DNA from: Bifidobacterium longum subsp. longum JCM 1217
GTDB lineage: Bacteria; Actinomycetota; Actinomycetes; Actinomycetales; Bifidobacteriaceae
Assembly: GCF_000196555.1 (NCBI RefSeq)
Contig: NC_015067.1
Coordinates: forward strand, 1,800,001-1,832,000
Direction: 5' to 3'
Length of the DNA: 32,000 nucleotides
Shown: positions 16,778 to 25,207 of the stretch, one piece after another
Position numbering within the stretch: position 1 is the stretch's first letter
Layout of the letters: every line of letters starts with the position of its first letter
Translations under genes and position numbers: made by a program
Notes under the pieces: model-generated
Database searches by the model: none
Seen by the model: only the letters and a program-made list of their open reading frames with translations
Told to the model about the DNA's origin: nothing

Positions 16778-18001
16778 TCACAGCGATTCGACGAACGTTC
16801 CGAGACGTTCCAGCCCCTCGGTCAGGGCCTCACGTGAGGCGGCATAGCTCAGGCGCACATGCGTATCCGCCGTGGCCGCGCCGAAGTCGCGGCCAGGAGT
16901 CAGAGCCACATGGGCTTCATCCAGCGCGCGTTCGCAGAACGTCCAGGCATCCAGACCAGTGCGGGAGATGTCGAAGTAGGCGTAGAACGCGCCATTCGGC
17001 TCCACCTCAACCGGCAAACCGATGCGCTTGAGCCCGTCAATCACAATGCGGCGACGGGCCAGCAATTCCTGACGACGAGCTTCGCATTCCGCCAAGCTTT
17101 CCGGCGTGAAGCAGGCGAGCGCCGCATGTTGCGTGGGCGTGTGGGCGCACAGGTAGTAGTTGGTGGCCAGATCGTCAACCGCTTCCAGCACAGTGGGCTC
17201 GTCCGGCAGAATCGCCCAGCCGAGGCGCCAGCCGGTCATGCCGAAGAACTTGGAGAAGCTGTTGCATACGATGGCATCGGGGTCGCAGGCCAGTACGGAC
17301 TTGACTTCGGTACCGTCCGGCTCCCGGTCAGCCAAATCAAGGTAGGTTTCGTCCACGATGCGCCATGCGCCGCGGCTGGCGGCCAACTTGCACACCTCGT
17401 CCAATACGTTGAAGTCGATGGTGGTGCCGGTGGGGTTGGACGGCGACGTGATCATTACGGCCTTGGTCTTGCTCGTCCAGTACTGGCTGCACAGGTCGGC
17501 GGTCAGGTGGAAGCGGGTGGCGGCCGAGGTCGGCACATCGATGACCCGGCCTTCAAACGACCGCACAAGTTCGCGGTTGCATGGGTAGGAGGGGTCGGCC
17601 ACAATCACATCGTCACCGGGGTCCACGGTCAGCGCGGTGGCCAACAGCAGAGCGGCCGAACCGCCGGCGGTCACGCAGATACGCTTGGGGTCGATGTCAA
17701 GGTCATGACGCTCGCGGTAGAAGTCGGCGATGGCCTGACGCAGTTCAGGTAGGCCCATGGCGGCGGTGTACGGCAGGGCCCGGCCGTCGTACTGTTCGCG
17801 CATGGCGTCGCGTACGGCGGGCGGCGCGCCGAAATCGGGCTCGCCAAGGCTTAATTTGATGACGCTGGTACCTTGGGCGATCATCTTGTCTGCTTGTTCG
17901 CCGAATACCATGGCACGGAAGGGATTGGCCTCACGCGCTCGGCGGGACATGACTGGAGACGCGGCCGGAGATTGGGGCTGCTGCGCTGCTTCGTTTTCCA
18001 T
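16778..18001 (-). CDS. Pyridoxal-phosphate-dependent aminotransferase, class I/II
   Basis: 407 aa. It has LSLGEPDFGAPP and the PLP-lysine motif NSFSKFFGMTGWRLGW. The start is uncertain: ATG 18001 or ATG 17950 (MSRRAREANPF). Confidence 0.85.
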   Translation of the reverse strand: MENEAAQQPQSPAASPVMSRRAREANPFRAMVFGEQADKMIAQGTSVIKLSLGEPDFGAPPAVRDAMREQYDGRALPYTAAMGLPELRQAIADFYRERHDLDIDPKRICVTAGGSAALLLATALTVDPGDDVIVADPSYPCNRELVRSFEGRVIDVPTSAATRFHLTADLCSQYWTSKTKAVMITSPSNPTGTTIDFNVLDEVCKLAASRGAWRIVDETYLDLADREPDGTEVKSVLACDPDAIVCNSFSKFFGMTGWRLGWAILPDEPTVLEAVDDLATNYYLCAHTPTQHAALACFTPESLAECEARRQELLARRRIVIDGLKRIGLPVEVEPNGAFYAYFDISRTGLDAWTFCERALDEAHVALTPGRDFGAATADTHVRLSYAASREALTEGLERLGTFVESL

Positions 18002-18094
18002 ATTTCGGTTCTATCCGCCTCACGGGACAAGGTTTCTTCTTCTATAATCACTGTAGGTCGATTGAGTGCACCAACCCGTATTCAAGGAGAAATA

Positions 18095-19150
18095 ATGAGT
18101 CGATTCAATGGCAAACGCGCCGAGTTCGAGGCCAGCGGCGAAAAGATCAACGTCGCGATTCTGGGTGCGGGCCGCATAGCTCACACCATGGCCGACACCC
18201 TGACCCAGATGGCTGAAGATTCACTGTATTCCTCATGGATTCACCCGTATGCGGTAGCGGCCCGTGATATTACGCGCGCGCAGGCTTTTGCCGACCAATG
18301 GCATTTTGACAAGGCTTATGGATCGTATGAGGAGTTGGTGGCGGACCCGGATGTGGATCTGGTGTATATCGCCACCCCGCACAGTCTGCACGCCGAACAG
18401 GCGATCCTGTGTATGAAAGCCGGCAAGAACGTGCTGGTGGAGAAGTCGTTCACCGCGAACGCCGGGCAAGCACGTGAGGCGCTGGCCGTGGCCGAGGAAA
18501 CCGGCATGCTGTGCACGGAGGCCATCTGGACGCGCTACATGCCCAGCCGCAAGCTCATCAACGAAGTTATCGAGTCCGGCGAGATCGGCGAGGTGAAAGC
18601 GGCGAACGCCAACCTGTGCTATCCGGTGTCCGGCAAGGCACGTATGACCGATCCGGCCTGTGCCGGTGGCGCGCTGCTCGATGTGGGCGTGTATCCGCTG
18701 AACTTCCTGGATATGGCGGTCGGCGCCGACCATGGCCGTACACTTGATCATTTCGATACGTCGATGGTGCCCGCCGAAACCGGTGTGGATGCGCAGAATT
18801 CCACCACGTTGTATTACAGCGACGGCACGATGGCCGTGTCCACCAGTTCGATGCTGGTTTCCTCCGACCGCGGCGGCTATGTGTGGGGCACCGAGGGTTA
18901 TCTGGTGGTCACCAATATCAACAATCCCGAGTCCATCGACATCTATGACAACGCCCACAAGCCCGTGCGCAGCATTGCGGTGCCGCCGCAGTTGACCGGT
19001 TATGAGTATGAGGTGGCCGACGCGGCCAACGCGCTGCTGGACGGCAAGATCGAATGCGAGGCGATGCCGCACGCCGACACCATCCGCATCATGGAGCTGA
19101 TGGATGCGATTCGTGACCGTTGGGGCCTGAAGTTCCCGTTTGAATCCTGA
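18095..19150 (+). CDS. Gfo/Idh/MocA-family oxidoreductase
   Basis: ATG 18095 is preceded by AAGGAGA. It has the Rossmann motif VAILGAGRIAHTMA and the family motif VLVEKSF. The 74 codons of the track ORF upstream of this ATG overlap the divergent aminotransferase gene, so I discarded them. Confidence 0.85.
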   Translation: MSRFNGKRAEFEASGEKINVAILGAGRIAHTMADTLTQMAEDSLYSSWIHPYAVAARDITRAQAFADQWHFDKAYGSYEELVADPDVDLVYIATPHSLHAEQAILCMKAGKNVLVEKSFTANAGQAREALAVAEETGMLCTEAIWTRYMPSRKLINEVIESGEIGEVKAANANLCYPVSGKARMTDPACAGGALLDVGVYPLNFLDMAVGADHGRTLDHFDTSMVPAETGVDAQNSTTLYYSDGTMAVSTSSMLVSSDRGGYVWGTEGYLVVTNINNPESIDIYDNAHKPVRSIAVPPQLTGYEYEVADAANALLDGKIECEAMPHADTIRIMELMDAIRDRWGLKFPFES

Positions 19151-19180
19151 TTTCAGCTCCCCTCCAGAGGGGAGCTGAAA
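19151..19180. terminator. Bidirectional hairpin that exactly fills the convergent gap between the oxidoreductase gene and vsr
   Basis: Perfect 12-bp stem TTTCAGCTCCCC / GGGGAGCTGAAA with loop tccaga. The flanking stop codons end at 19150 (plus strand) and 19181 (minus strand). Confidence 0.6.
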
Positions 19181-19696
19181 TTATTCCGCTGAATCTGCAT
19201 CTCCTTCAACAATCTGCTCATACAGCCGTACGAGGCGTTCGTCGCGCACGGCTTTCGTTAATTCGCACTCCCATACGGTAATTACACGCCAGCCAGCGGC
19301 CTCCAGTTCGGCTCGCTGCGCGATGTCTCGATTGTGATTGCGCAGTAGTTTCGCCTGCCAGAATTCCACGTTCGATTTCGGCATCGAATGTTTGGAACAT
19401 CCTTCATGCATGTGCCAGAAACAGCCGTTGACAAACACGATGGCGTGGTATTTCGGCAGTACTACATCCGGGTGTCCGGGGTAACGCTTGTCGTTCTTGC
19501 GGAATCGCAACCCCTTGCGAAACAGGTAGCTGCGTACCAGTACCTCAATTTTGGTGTCTTTGCCACGAATATGCGACATCGTGTACGAACGGGTACCCCG
19601 CTCATACTTCTCCACTGGCTGTTTCTTGCGATTCACGCACTCCAGACTACCGTGACGTTGCGGCGAGAATGAGAGCCTGAACGAACGATCACCCAT
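19181..19696 (-). CDS. vsr: Very-short-patch repair endonuclease (T:G mismatch endonuclease)
   Basis: RGTRSYTMSHIRGKDTKIE...PGHPDVVLPKYHAIVFVNGCFWHMHEGC...FWQAKLLRNHNRD...GWRVITVWECEL aligns motif for motif with E. coli Vsr (TRSKNM, GRPDFV, VIFTHGCFWHHHHC, GWRVLIVWEC). The start is uncertain: ATG 19696 or an internal GTG. Confidence 0.85.
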   Translation of the reverse strand: MGDRSFRLSFSPQRHGSLECVNRKKQPVEKYERGTRSYTMSHIRGKDTKIEVLVRSYLFRKGLRFRKNDKRYPGHPDVVLPKYHAIVFVNGCFWHMHEGCSKHSMPKSNVEFWQAKLLRNHNRDIAQRAELEAAGWRVITVWECELTKAVRDERLVRLYEQIVEGDADSAE

Positions 19697-19769
19697 CTTG
19701 CCCGTCCGTGTCTCTTATCGCGGGCAACAATCATCTGCCGGTCGAGACTGCCCGATTAGACTGAGTTCA

Positions 19770-20297
19770 ATGGATGACATGACGATTCGTAGGGCCACGG
19801 CGGCCGATATTCCCCAGATCGACGAACTGCTGCGGCAGGTGCTCGAAGTGCATCATGCCGGCCGACCGGATCTGTTCAAAGGCGGTGTCAAGAAATACAC
19901 GGACGAGGAATTGAAGGCGATTCTGGCCAACGATCAGACCCCTGTGTTCGTGGCGGTTGCGCCATCTGCCAATGACGGCAATGACGCCGAACATAACGCC
20001 GACTCCCCCGCCACCGACCAAGTGCTTGGCTACGCATTCTGCGTGTTCCAGCAGCACCTCAACAGCAATATCCTGACCGATATCAAAACCCTGTACATCG
20101 ATGATCTATGCGTTGACGAGTGGTCCCGCGGCCACCATGTAGGCTCCACCTTGTATCGCTACGTGCTCGACTTCGCCCGTCAATCCGGCTGCCACAACGT
20201 AACGCTCAACGTCTGGGCCTGCAACCCCAAAGCCCAAGCCTTCTACGAACGCATGGGACTCACTCCATATTACATCGGCATGGAGCAGGTGCTGTAG
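19770..20297 (+). CDS. GNAT-family N-acetyltransferase
   Basis: IRRATAADIPQIDELL..., YIDDLCVDEWSRGHHVGSTLY (acetyl-CoA motif) and NPKAQAFYERMGL. The start is ATG 19770 or 19779. The upstream part of the track ORF starts at a TTG and has no support. Confidence 0.8.
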   Translation: MDDMTIRRATAADIPQIDELLRQVLEVHHAGRPDLFKGGVKKYTDEELKAILANDQTPVFVAVAPSANDGNDAEHNADSPATDQVLGYAFCVFQQHLNSNILTDIKTLYIDDLCVDEWSRGHHVGSTLYRYVLDFARQSGCHNVTLNVWACNPKAQAFYERMGLTPYYIGMEQVL

Positions 20298-20758
20298 CGC
20301 CGCCGTTTCAGCAGCACGATGATGGCGATGATCGCAGCGAGGCTGCATAGGGCCACGCCATATACAAAGCCCGGAGTTCCGAAATTCATGAGGCAGATTG
20401 TGATGTTACCGGTAGTGGTTACCGAAAACACGACGATAAGCGCGACGATACGAATCATATCCAGCAGTCCAGCTGCTTGAGCCAACAGACGCTCCGGTAC
20501 CACCAATTTGGCCGCCGTGCACAGCAAAGTCGCCTGAACGGCGAGCAGAATCGCCCATTCCCAGAACATGGACGGTTCTTTAAGCAACGTGGTCTCCGGA
20601 AACATAGACACCACCTCATTGATAAACCACGGCGCCACAACAATCTCCACATATGCGAGCCCAATACAACACACGACAAGCACCACGGCAATGGCATAGC
20701 GCCAAGCGACGTCTGTTTTGCGAGATTTACGAGAAATGAATGCGATACCAGCGTTCAT
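20270..20758 (-). CDS. Hypothetical small integral membrane protein (about 4 TM segments)
   Basis: 162 aa. AAGGAG lies 7 nt upstream of ATG 20758. There are four hydrophobic stretches and I recognise no family. The 3' end overlaps the convergent GNAT gene by 28 nt. It is visibly less GC-rich than its neighbours. Confidence 0.6.
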   Translation of the reverse strand: MNAGIAFISRKSRKTDVAWRYAIAVVLVVCCIGLAYVEIVVAPWFINEVVSMFPETTLLKEPSMFWEWAILLAVQATLLCTAAKLVVPERLLAQAAGLLDMIRIVALIVVFSVTTTGNITICLMNFGTPGFVYGVALCSLAAIIAIIVLLKRRRYSTCSMPM

Positions 20759-20829
20759 GGCTATGCTCCTTAATCCAATATCAATATCAATGGATGAACC
20801 TGCACTGCACCGTATGCCACCATCATAAT

Positions 20830-20857
20830 ATATCGAATATCGATATAAAAATATCGA
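20830..20857. repeat. Three ATATCGA heptamers (two tandem, forming the palindrome ATATCGATAT) in an AT-rich spacer
   Basis: The copies are at 20830..20836, 20837..20843 and 20851..20857. A CAATAT tandem lies nearby at 20776..20791. The repeats are 72-99 bp upstream of the membrane-protein start. Confidence 0.4.
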
Positions 20858-20945
20858 AAAACACTTTCACCATTCACCTACACATCCGCAAACCCATGAA
20901 TACACATGTTCTTAATCGGGATGGGGAGTGCACAAAGAAGCTCTG

Positions 20946-23900
20946 TCACCCCAGCAGATTGAGGAGATCGTCCTTGGTGAGGGTGGCGATGGAGGCGGGG
21001 GCTTCGGTGAGGGCGCTGGCGCCGGTGCCGGCTTCGTCGGCAAGCAAGGAAGCGTCGGTGAACTGGCGGGCGAGCTCGCTCTTAGTATGCTGAAGCTCCA
21101 AGATACGTTCTTCGATGGTGTCCTTGGCCACCACCTGATACACGTTGACGTCTTCGGTCTGGCCGATACGATGTGCTCGGTCGGTGGCCTGATCCTGTGC
21201 GGCGGCGTTCCACCATGGGTCGGCGTGGATGACCACGCTGGCACCGGTCAGGTTCAGTCCGGTGTTGCCGGCCTTCAGGGAAATCAGGAAGGCAGGCGTA
21301 TCGTCCGCATTGAACTGGTCGACGAGTTCGAGACGCTTCTTCTTGGGCGTGGAGCCGGTGATGGTGTAGTAGCGCAGGCCTTGCGCGTCGAAACGTTCGG
21401 CGATCAGATCAAGGAAGCTGGTGAACTGGGAGAAGATCAGCGCCTTCTTGCCTTCGTTCACACAGGTTTCCACCAGTTCGGTGATGGCGGCAAGCTTGGC
21501 CGATTGATCCTTGGCATCGGCGTACAGCAGCCTCGGATCGCAGCAGATCTGGCGCAACTTGGTCAACTCGGCGAGGATGCGAATCTTCGACGTGTTGAAA
21601 TCGGCTTCTTCGCTGTGTTCGAGCTGCATTCTGAGCCGCTGCTCGTGAGCCGCATACAGTTTGCGCTGTTCGCCGGCAAGCCGCACGGTCAGCGTGGTCT
21701 CTAGCTTGTCCGGCAAATCGGTCAACACCTGGGACTTCAGCCTGCGCTTGATGAACACGCCCACCAACGACTGCAATTGGCGAGATACCCGAGCGGCCTC
21801 AGGATTGACTTGTGCGGCGGCCCGACCTTCAGCCGTGCTGCCATCCGCGGCCCGGGCATTGGAGATGGGCAACTCATAACGCTCATGGAATCGCTTATAT
21901 GAGCCGAGCAGCCCCGGCATCAGGAAGTCGAAAATGCTCCATAGTTCGGAGAGTCGGTTTTCGATCGGCGTGCCAGTCAAGGCGAAACGATGGTCGGCGG
22001 CCACGGCCTTGACCGCTTTGGCTATTTTCGTGGTGTGATTCTTGATGTACTGGGCTTCATCCAATGCCATGACATTGAAACGTTGCTCATTGGCGGTGTA
22101 ATCATCGACATCTCGGCGCAGCAGGTCGTATGAGGTGATGAGCACGGTGGGTTCATCCGCCCGGAACGCACGGCCGATGGCGGTACGGCGCTCGGCTTTG
22201 GTACCGGCCACCACCACGGCATTGAAGCTCGGGGCGAACTTGGTGAATTCGGCACCCCAGTTGTACACCAAGGACGCCGGGCACACGATCAGCGATGGGC
22301 CAAGGCTGCCGTCGCCCATCTCGCCGGTATTCCGCTGATATCGAGACAGGAGCAACGCGATAAGCTGCACGGATTTACCCAAGCCCATCTCATCGGCCAG
22401 AATGCCGCCAAAACCCTTGTCGCACAACGTGTTCAGCCATTGAAAGCCTTCGACCTGATAAGGGCGCAGAATATGCTTGAGACTATCCGGCACTTCATAC
22501 GACTTAGGGTCGATGATCTTGAGATCGTCGATGTATTCGGTGAACGAAGCGTCCTTGACTACATCGGAGCCGTCATCCGGCAGCTCACCATCCAGTAGGA
22601 ATGCTCGACCGCCCGGCAACTCGATCAGTCCGGAGTTGAGCTGCTGCTCGCTCAGATCGAGGTCGCTGGCCAATCGGTCCAACGTGCTGAGATTCGCGCC
22701 GCTGAGTTTGACAAGCGTGCCGTCCTTCAACTGATGGAATCGTTGACGCCGACGGTACGAAGATAGCAAGGCACCCACTTCGTCCGGCGGCACTTCATCA
22801 GCGAGGGGTGATATCTCCACCAAGTTGCCTTTGATGGACAATCCGACTTTGACGCTTGGTGGCTTGGGCGCGATCAGCCGGTCAAAAGCCGGTGTGGTGA
22901 AGACCTCCCCCACTTCCTTTAGTGCCGGCAATCCCTCGTCAAAGAGACGAACGATCTGCGTGGTGTCATCGCGATCGATAGTGGCCGCATCAGACACGAA
23001 TTTTTTGGTGGCCTTTCGCGCGGCCGGCGTTCGGAACCCATTCACCGTCTGATGAGTGGCGGCCGCAACGCGCTTGCGCTGGTCAGGCATGGTAAAGAAT
23101 TCACGCACTACATCAATCGCAAGATGCTCAGCGTCGAAATCACGCCCAATCACGCCCCGAGACAAGGGGATGGAACGCTCGCCCTCAGCATGCACCGTCG
23201 GGCCATCGGGTAGCAACGGGACAATGGCATCGCCGTAGCGTGCCTTGACCTCGCATTGCACACCATGCTCATCACGATCCAGATAAAACTGGAGGCTGCA
23301 TTCCGTAGGACTTAATTCAGCCAGCTCGCGAGGAATCTCACTGGCCTCCAACAGTCCGGCACCAACCAGCTGAGGCAATAGCGTGCGTGCGAATAGGGCG
23401 ATGTCATCGCCGGCAATGACCTGTCCCTCGCCATCGGGTTCAAACAGGTCTCCCAATAGTCCTCGCAACGGAATCAATCGTTTCGGGCAACGGACGAATC
23501 GGCATCCTGCTGCGCTTTTACGCTGAGAGCCCGCCACCATGGCGGATACCGCACCGGCCGGATTAGTGGAGGCGAGCAACAGCCATACATTCTTGCCGCC
23601 GTCAATCACGGTTTCCACCGCTGGCACTCCGGTAAGCAGGTATCCGGCATCCGGACCATACGTATTGAAATCACGCCGCGCAATGCGCATGAGAAAATCT
23701 GGCTCGCCACCATCAACTGGCACCGATGCAGGCTGCCCGGAGAACCATGTGTTCAGCACGAGCTGTACGCCTCTGCCCTCACGTACGGACAGCAACCGGG
23801 CCACTTCCGGTGCTGAAAGCGTCAGATGACGGTCGATGGCGATATGCCCGTAATACCTGTCCTGCTGCTCGGCCGCACGACGCACGGCCATCGCATCATC

Positions 23901-25130
23901 AAGGACGTCCAGCAGGGGGCGCGAATCATCATCGAGCATATCCGGCGTATGAATAAAGGCAAGCTTCTGCCCATAATCCGCATAGTCGCCGTTCGCCATG
24001 GCAAGCACAAATTGCGGAATCGATTTCAGCACATAGCTGGACCCATTGGAAGCCGAGCCGATCTTGAACTCCACGCTCCACACGCCGTCGATGAAACTCA
24101 ATATCGGGACAAGCTGCACCTGCCCCAAGCCCACAGTCTCGCTGTCACCCTGATACCCGCCGCCTCGGGTGCCGGCACGAGAGCCGTATCCGCTTTTTGT
24201 ACGCCGAGCATTTGCACCGTTTTTCCCTTGCGTGGCATCAAACCGACGCATAACCGCATTGCGACGACGAATTTTGGCTTGAGCGTCTTGCCTATCGGCG
24301 TGCTCCATATAGTCAATCAGCGTCCGAGACGGTCGTGCGGCCCCGGCACGGTAGCCTTCAAAACGCTGCGGATCATCGCAGAATATGAAGGCGAGCGCAA
24401 TCATGTGCTTGCACATGCCATAGCCACGGCCGTAAGCCGGGCATGAGCACTTGCCGCCGACGGCTTCTCCCGTATCGAGGTCGAATTGCACGCTGGTACG
24501 ATACCTACTCGATGGGCTGGTGGTGCCACGTAGAATACCGTCAAGCTCGGCATACCCGGTTCGATGATTTTCGCTGTATACCGGATTGATAACCATGGTG
24601 GCCGCTTTGCGCGCAATGCTACGGGCACGAGCGAGCACGGCATTCGACGATGACGATTCCACATCGTTGCGTAACGCAAGGATAGGGACGGCATGGGCTT
24701 CGGCACGCTTCGCAGACCCGGCGAAATGGCCTTCGTCCTCATCGTCGAACCATACGGAACGTCCTTGCCTGAAACGATAGGGCATCACCGCATCGGCGGC
24801 GGACAAACTGTCCGTTCCACCAAACGTTACGTCTCTGCTGCCGGCCGCGCCTGAGCTACCAAGTATTCCACCCGTCTCACCAGAAATGCCGCCTACTCCG
24901 CCGCTTTTACCGGCATAGATGCCCCTGCCCCCATTAGTGTCATCAGTGTCATCTATGTCATACCGACCGTCGTCGTAATCGGCATCTTCGTCGTCTCCTC
25001 TTTTCCAAGGATTGCGACGACGCAACGCATGGCCCCAGGAAACGCCGGAATCATCATCCTCATAAGGCAGGAGGCCATCGTCATCCGCATTATCGGGAAC
25101 ATGGCCAAACACACCATACCCTTTGCTCAT
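20946..25130 (-). CDS. SWIM zinc-finger / SNF2-family helicase (YwqA/HelZ-like) with a long low-complexity N-terminal tail
   Basis: The start was set at ATG 25130 (MSKGYG), preceded by AAGGAGG. The SWIM CxC..CxH motif KCSCPAYGRGYGMCKHM is at about 24405..24449. The SNF2 ATPase motifs LRPYQVEGFQWL, ILADEMGLGKS and DEAQYIKN start at about 22478. The helicase-C region has LKAGNTGLNLTGASVVIHADPWWNAAAQDQATDRAHRIGQ. Confidence 0.9.
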   Translation of the reverse strand: MSKGYGVFGHVPDNADDDGLLPYEDDDSGVSWGHALRRRNPWKRGDDEDADYDDGRYDIDDTDDTNGGRGIYAGKSGGVGGISGETGGILGSSGAAGSRDVTFGGTDSLSAADAVMPYRFRQGRSVWFDDEDEGHFAGSAKRAEAHAVPILALRNDVESSSSNAVLARARSIARKAATMVINPVYSENHRTGYAELDGILRGTTSPSSRYRTSVQFDLDTGEAVGGKCSCPAYGRGYGMCKHMIALAFIFCDDPQRFEGYRAGAARPSRTLIDYMEHADRQDAQAKIRRRNAVMRRFDATQGKNGANARRTKSGYGSRAGTRGGGYQGDSETVGLGQVQLVPILSFIDGVWSVEFKIGSASNGSSYVLKSIPQFVLAMANGDYADYGQKLAFIHTPDMLDDDSRPLLDVLDDAMAVRRAAEQQDRYYGHIAIDRHLTLSAPEVARLLSVREGRGVQLVLNTWFSGQPASVPVDGGEPDFLMRIARRDFNTYGPDAGYLLTGVPAVETVIDGGKNVWLLLASTNPAGAVSAMVAGSQRKSAAGCRFVRCPKRLIPLRGLLGDLFEPDGEGQVIAGDDIALFARTLLPQLVGAGLLEASEIPRELAELSPTECSLQFYLDRDEHGVQCEVKARYGDAIVPLLPDGPTVHAEGERSIPLSRGVIGRDFDAEHLAIDVVREFFTMPDQRKRVAAATHQTVNGFRTPAARKATKKFVSDAATIDRDDTTQIVRLFDEGLPALKEVGEVFTTPAFDRLIAPKPPSVKVGLSIKGNLVEISPLADEVPPDEVGALLSSYRRRQRFHQLKDGTLVKLSGANLSTLDRLASDLDLSEQQLNSGLIELPGGRAFLLDGELPDDGSDVVKDASFTEYIDDLKIIDPKSYEVPDSLKHILRPYQVEGFQWLNTLCDKGFGGILADEMGLGKSVQLIALLLSRYQRNTGEMGDGSLGPSLIVCPASLVYNWGAEFTKFAPSFNAVVVAGTKAERRTAIGRAFRADEPTVLITSYDLLRRDVDDYTANEQRFNVMALDEAQYIKNHTTKIAKAVKAVAADHRFALTGTPIENRLSELWSIFDFLMPGLLGSYKRFHERYELPISNARAADGSTAEGRAAAQVNPEAARVSRQLQSLVGVFIKRRLKSQVLTDLPDKLETTLTVRLAGEQRKLYAAHEQRLRMQLEHSEEADFNTSKIRILAELTKLRQICCDPRLLYADAKDQSAKLAAITELVETCVNEGKKALIFSQFTSFLDLIAERFDAQGLRYYTITGSTPKKKRLELVDQFNADDTPAFLISLKAGNTGLNLTGASVVIHADPWWNAAAQDQATDRAHRIGQTEDVNVYQVVAKDTIEERILELQHTKSELARQFTDASLLADEAGTGASALTEAPASIATLTKDDLLNLLG

Positions 25131-25207
25131 GGGCGAGCCTCCTTTCCAGCGAATGTATTTCAACCCAACGTTTCCATCCTAGACGAAGCGCGCGGTAGCC
25201 TTAATGT

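Noticed and set aside
17873-18094. N-terminal 74 codons of track ORF 17873..19150
   Set aside because: They overlap the 5' end of the divergent aminotransferase gene. ATG 18095 has a strong RBS, and the Rossmann motif follows it at the expected distance.
20928-24446. Several plus-strand ORFs of 60-258 aa inside the helicase gene (for example 20928..21704 and 23826..24446)
   Set aside because: All are antisense to the SNF2 gene, which has a continuous 1394-codon frame with canonical motifs.
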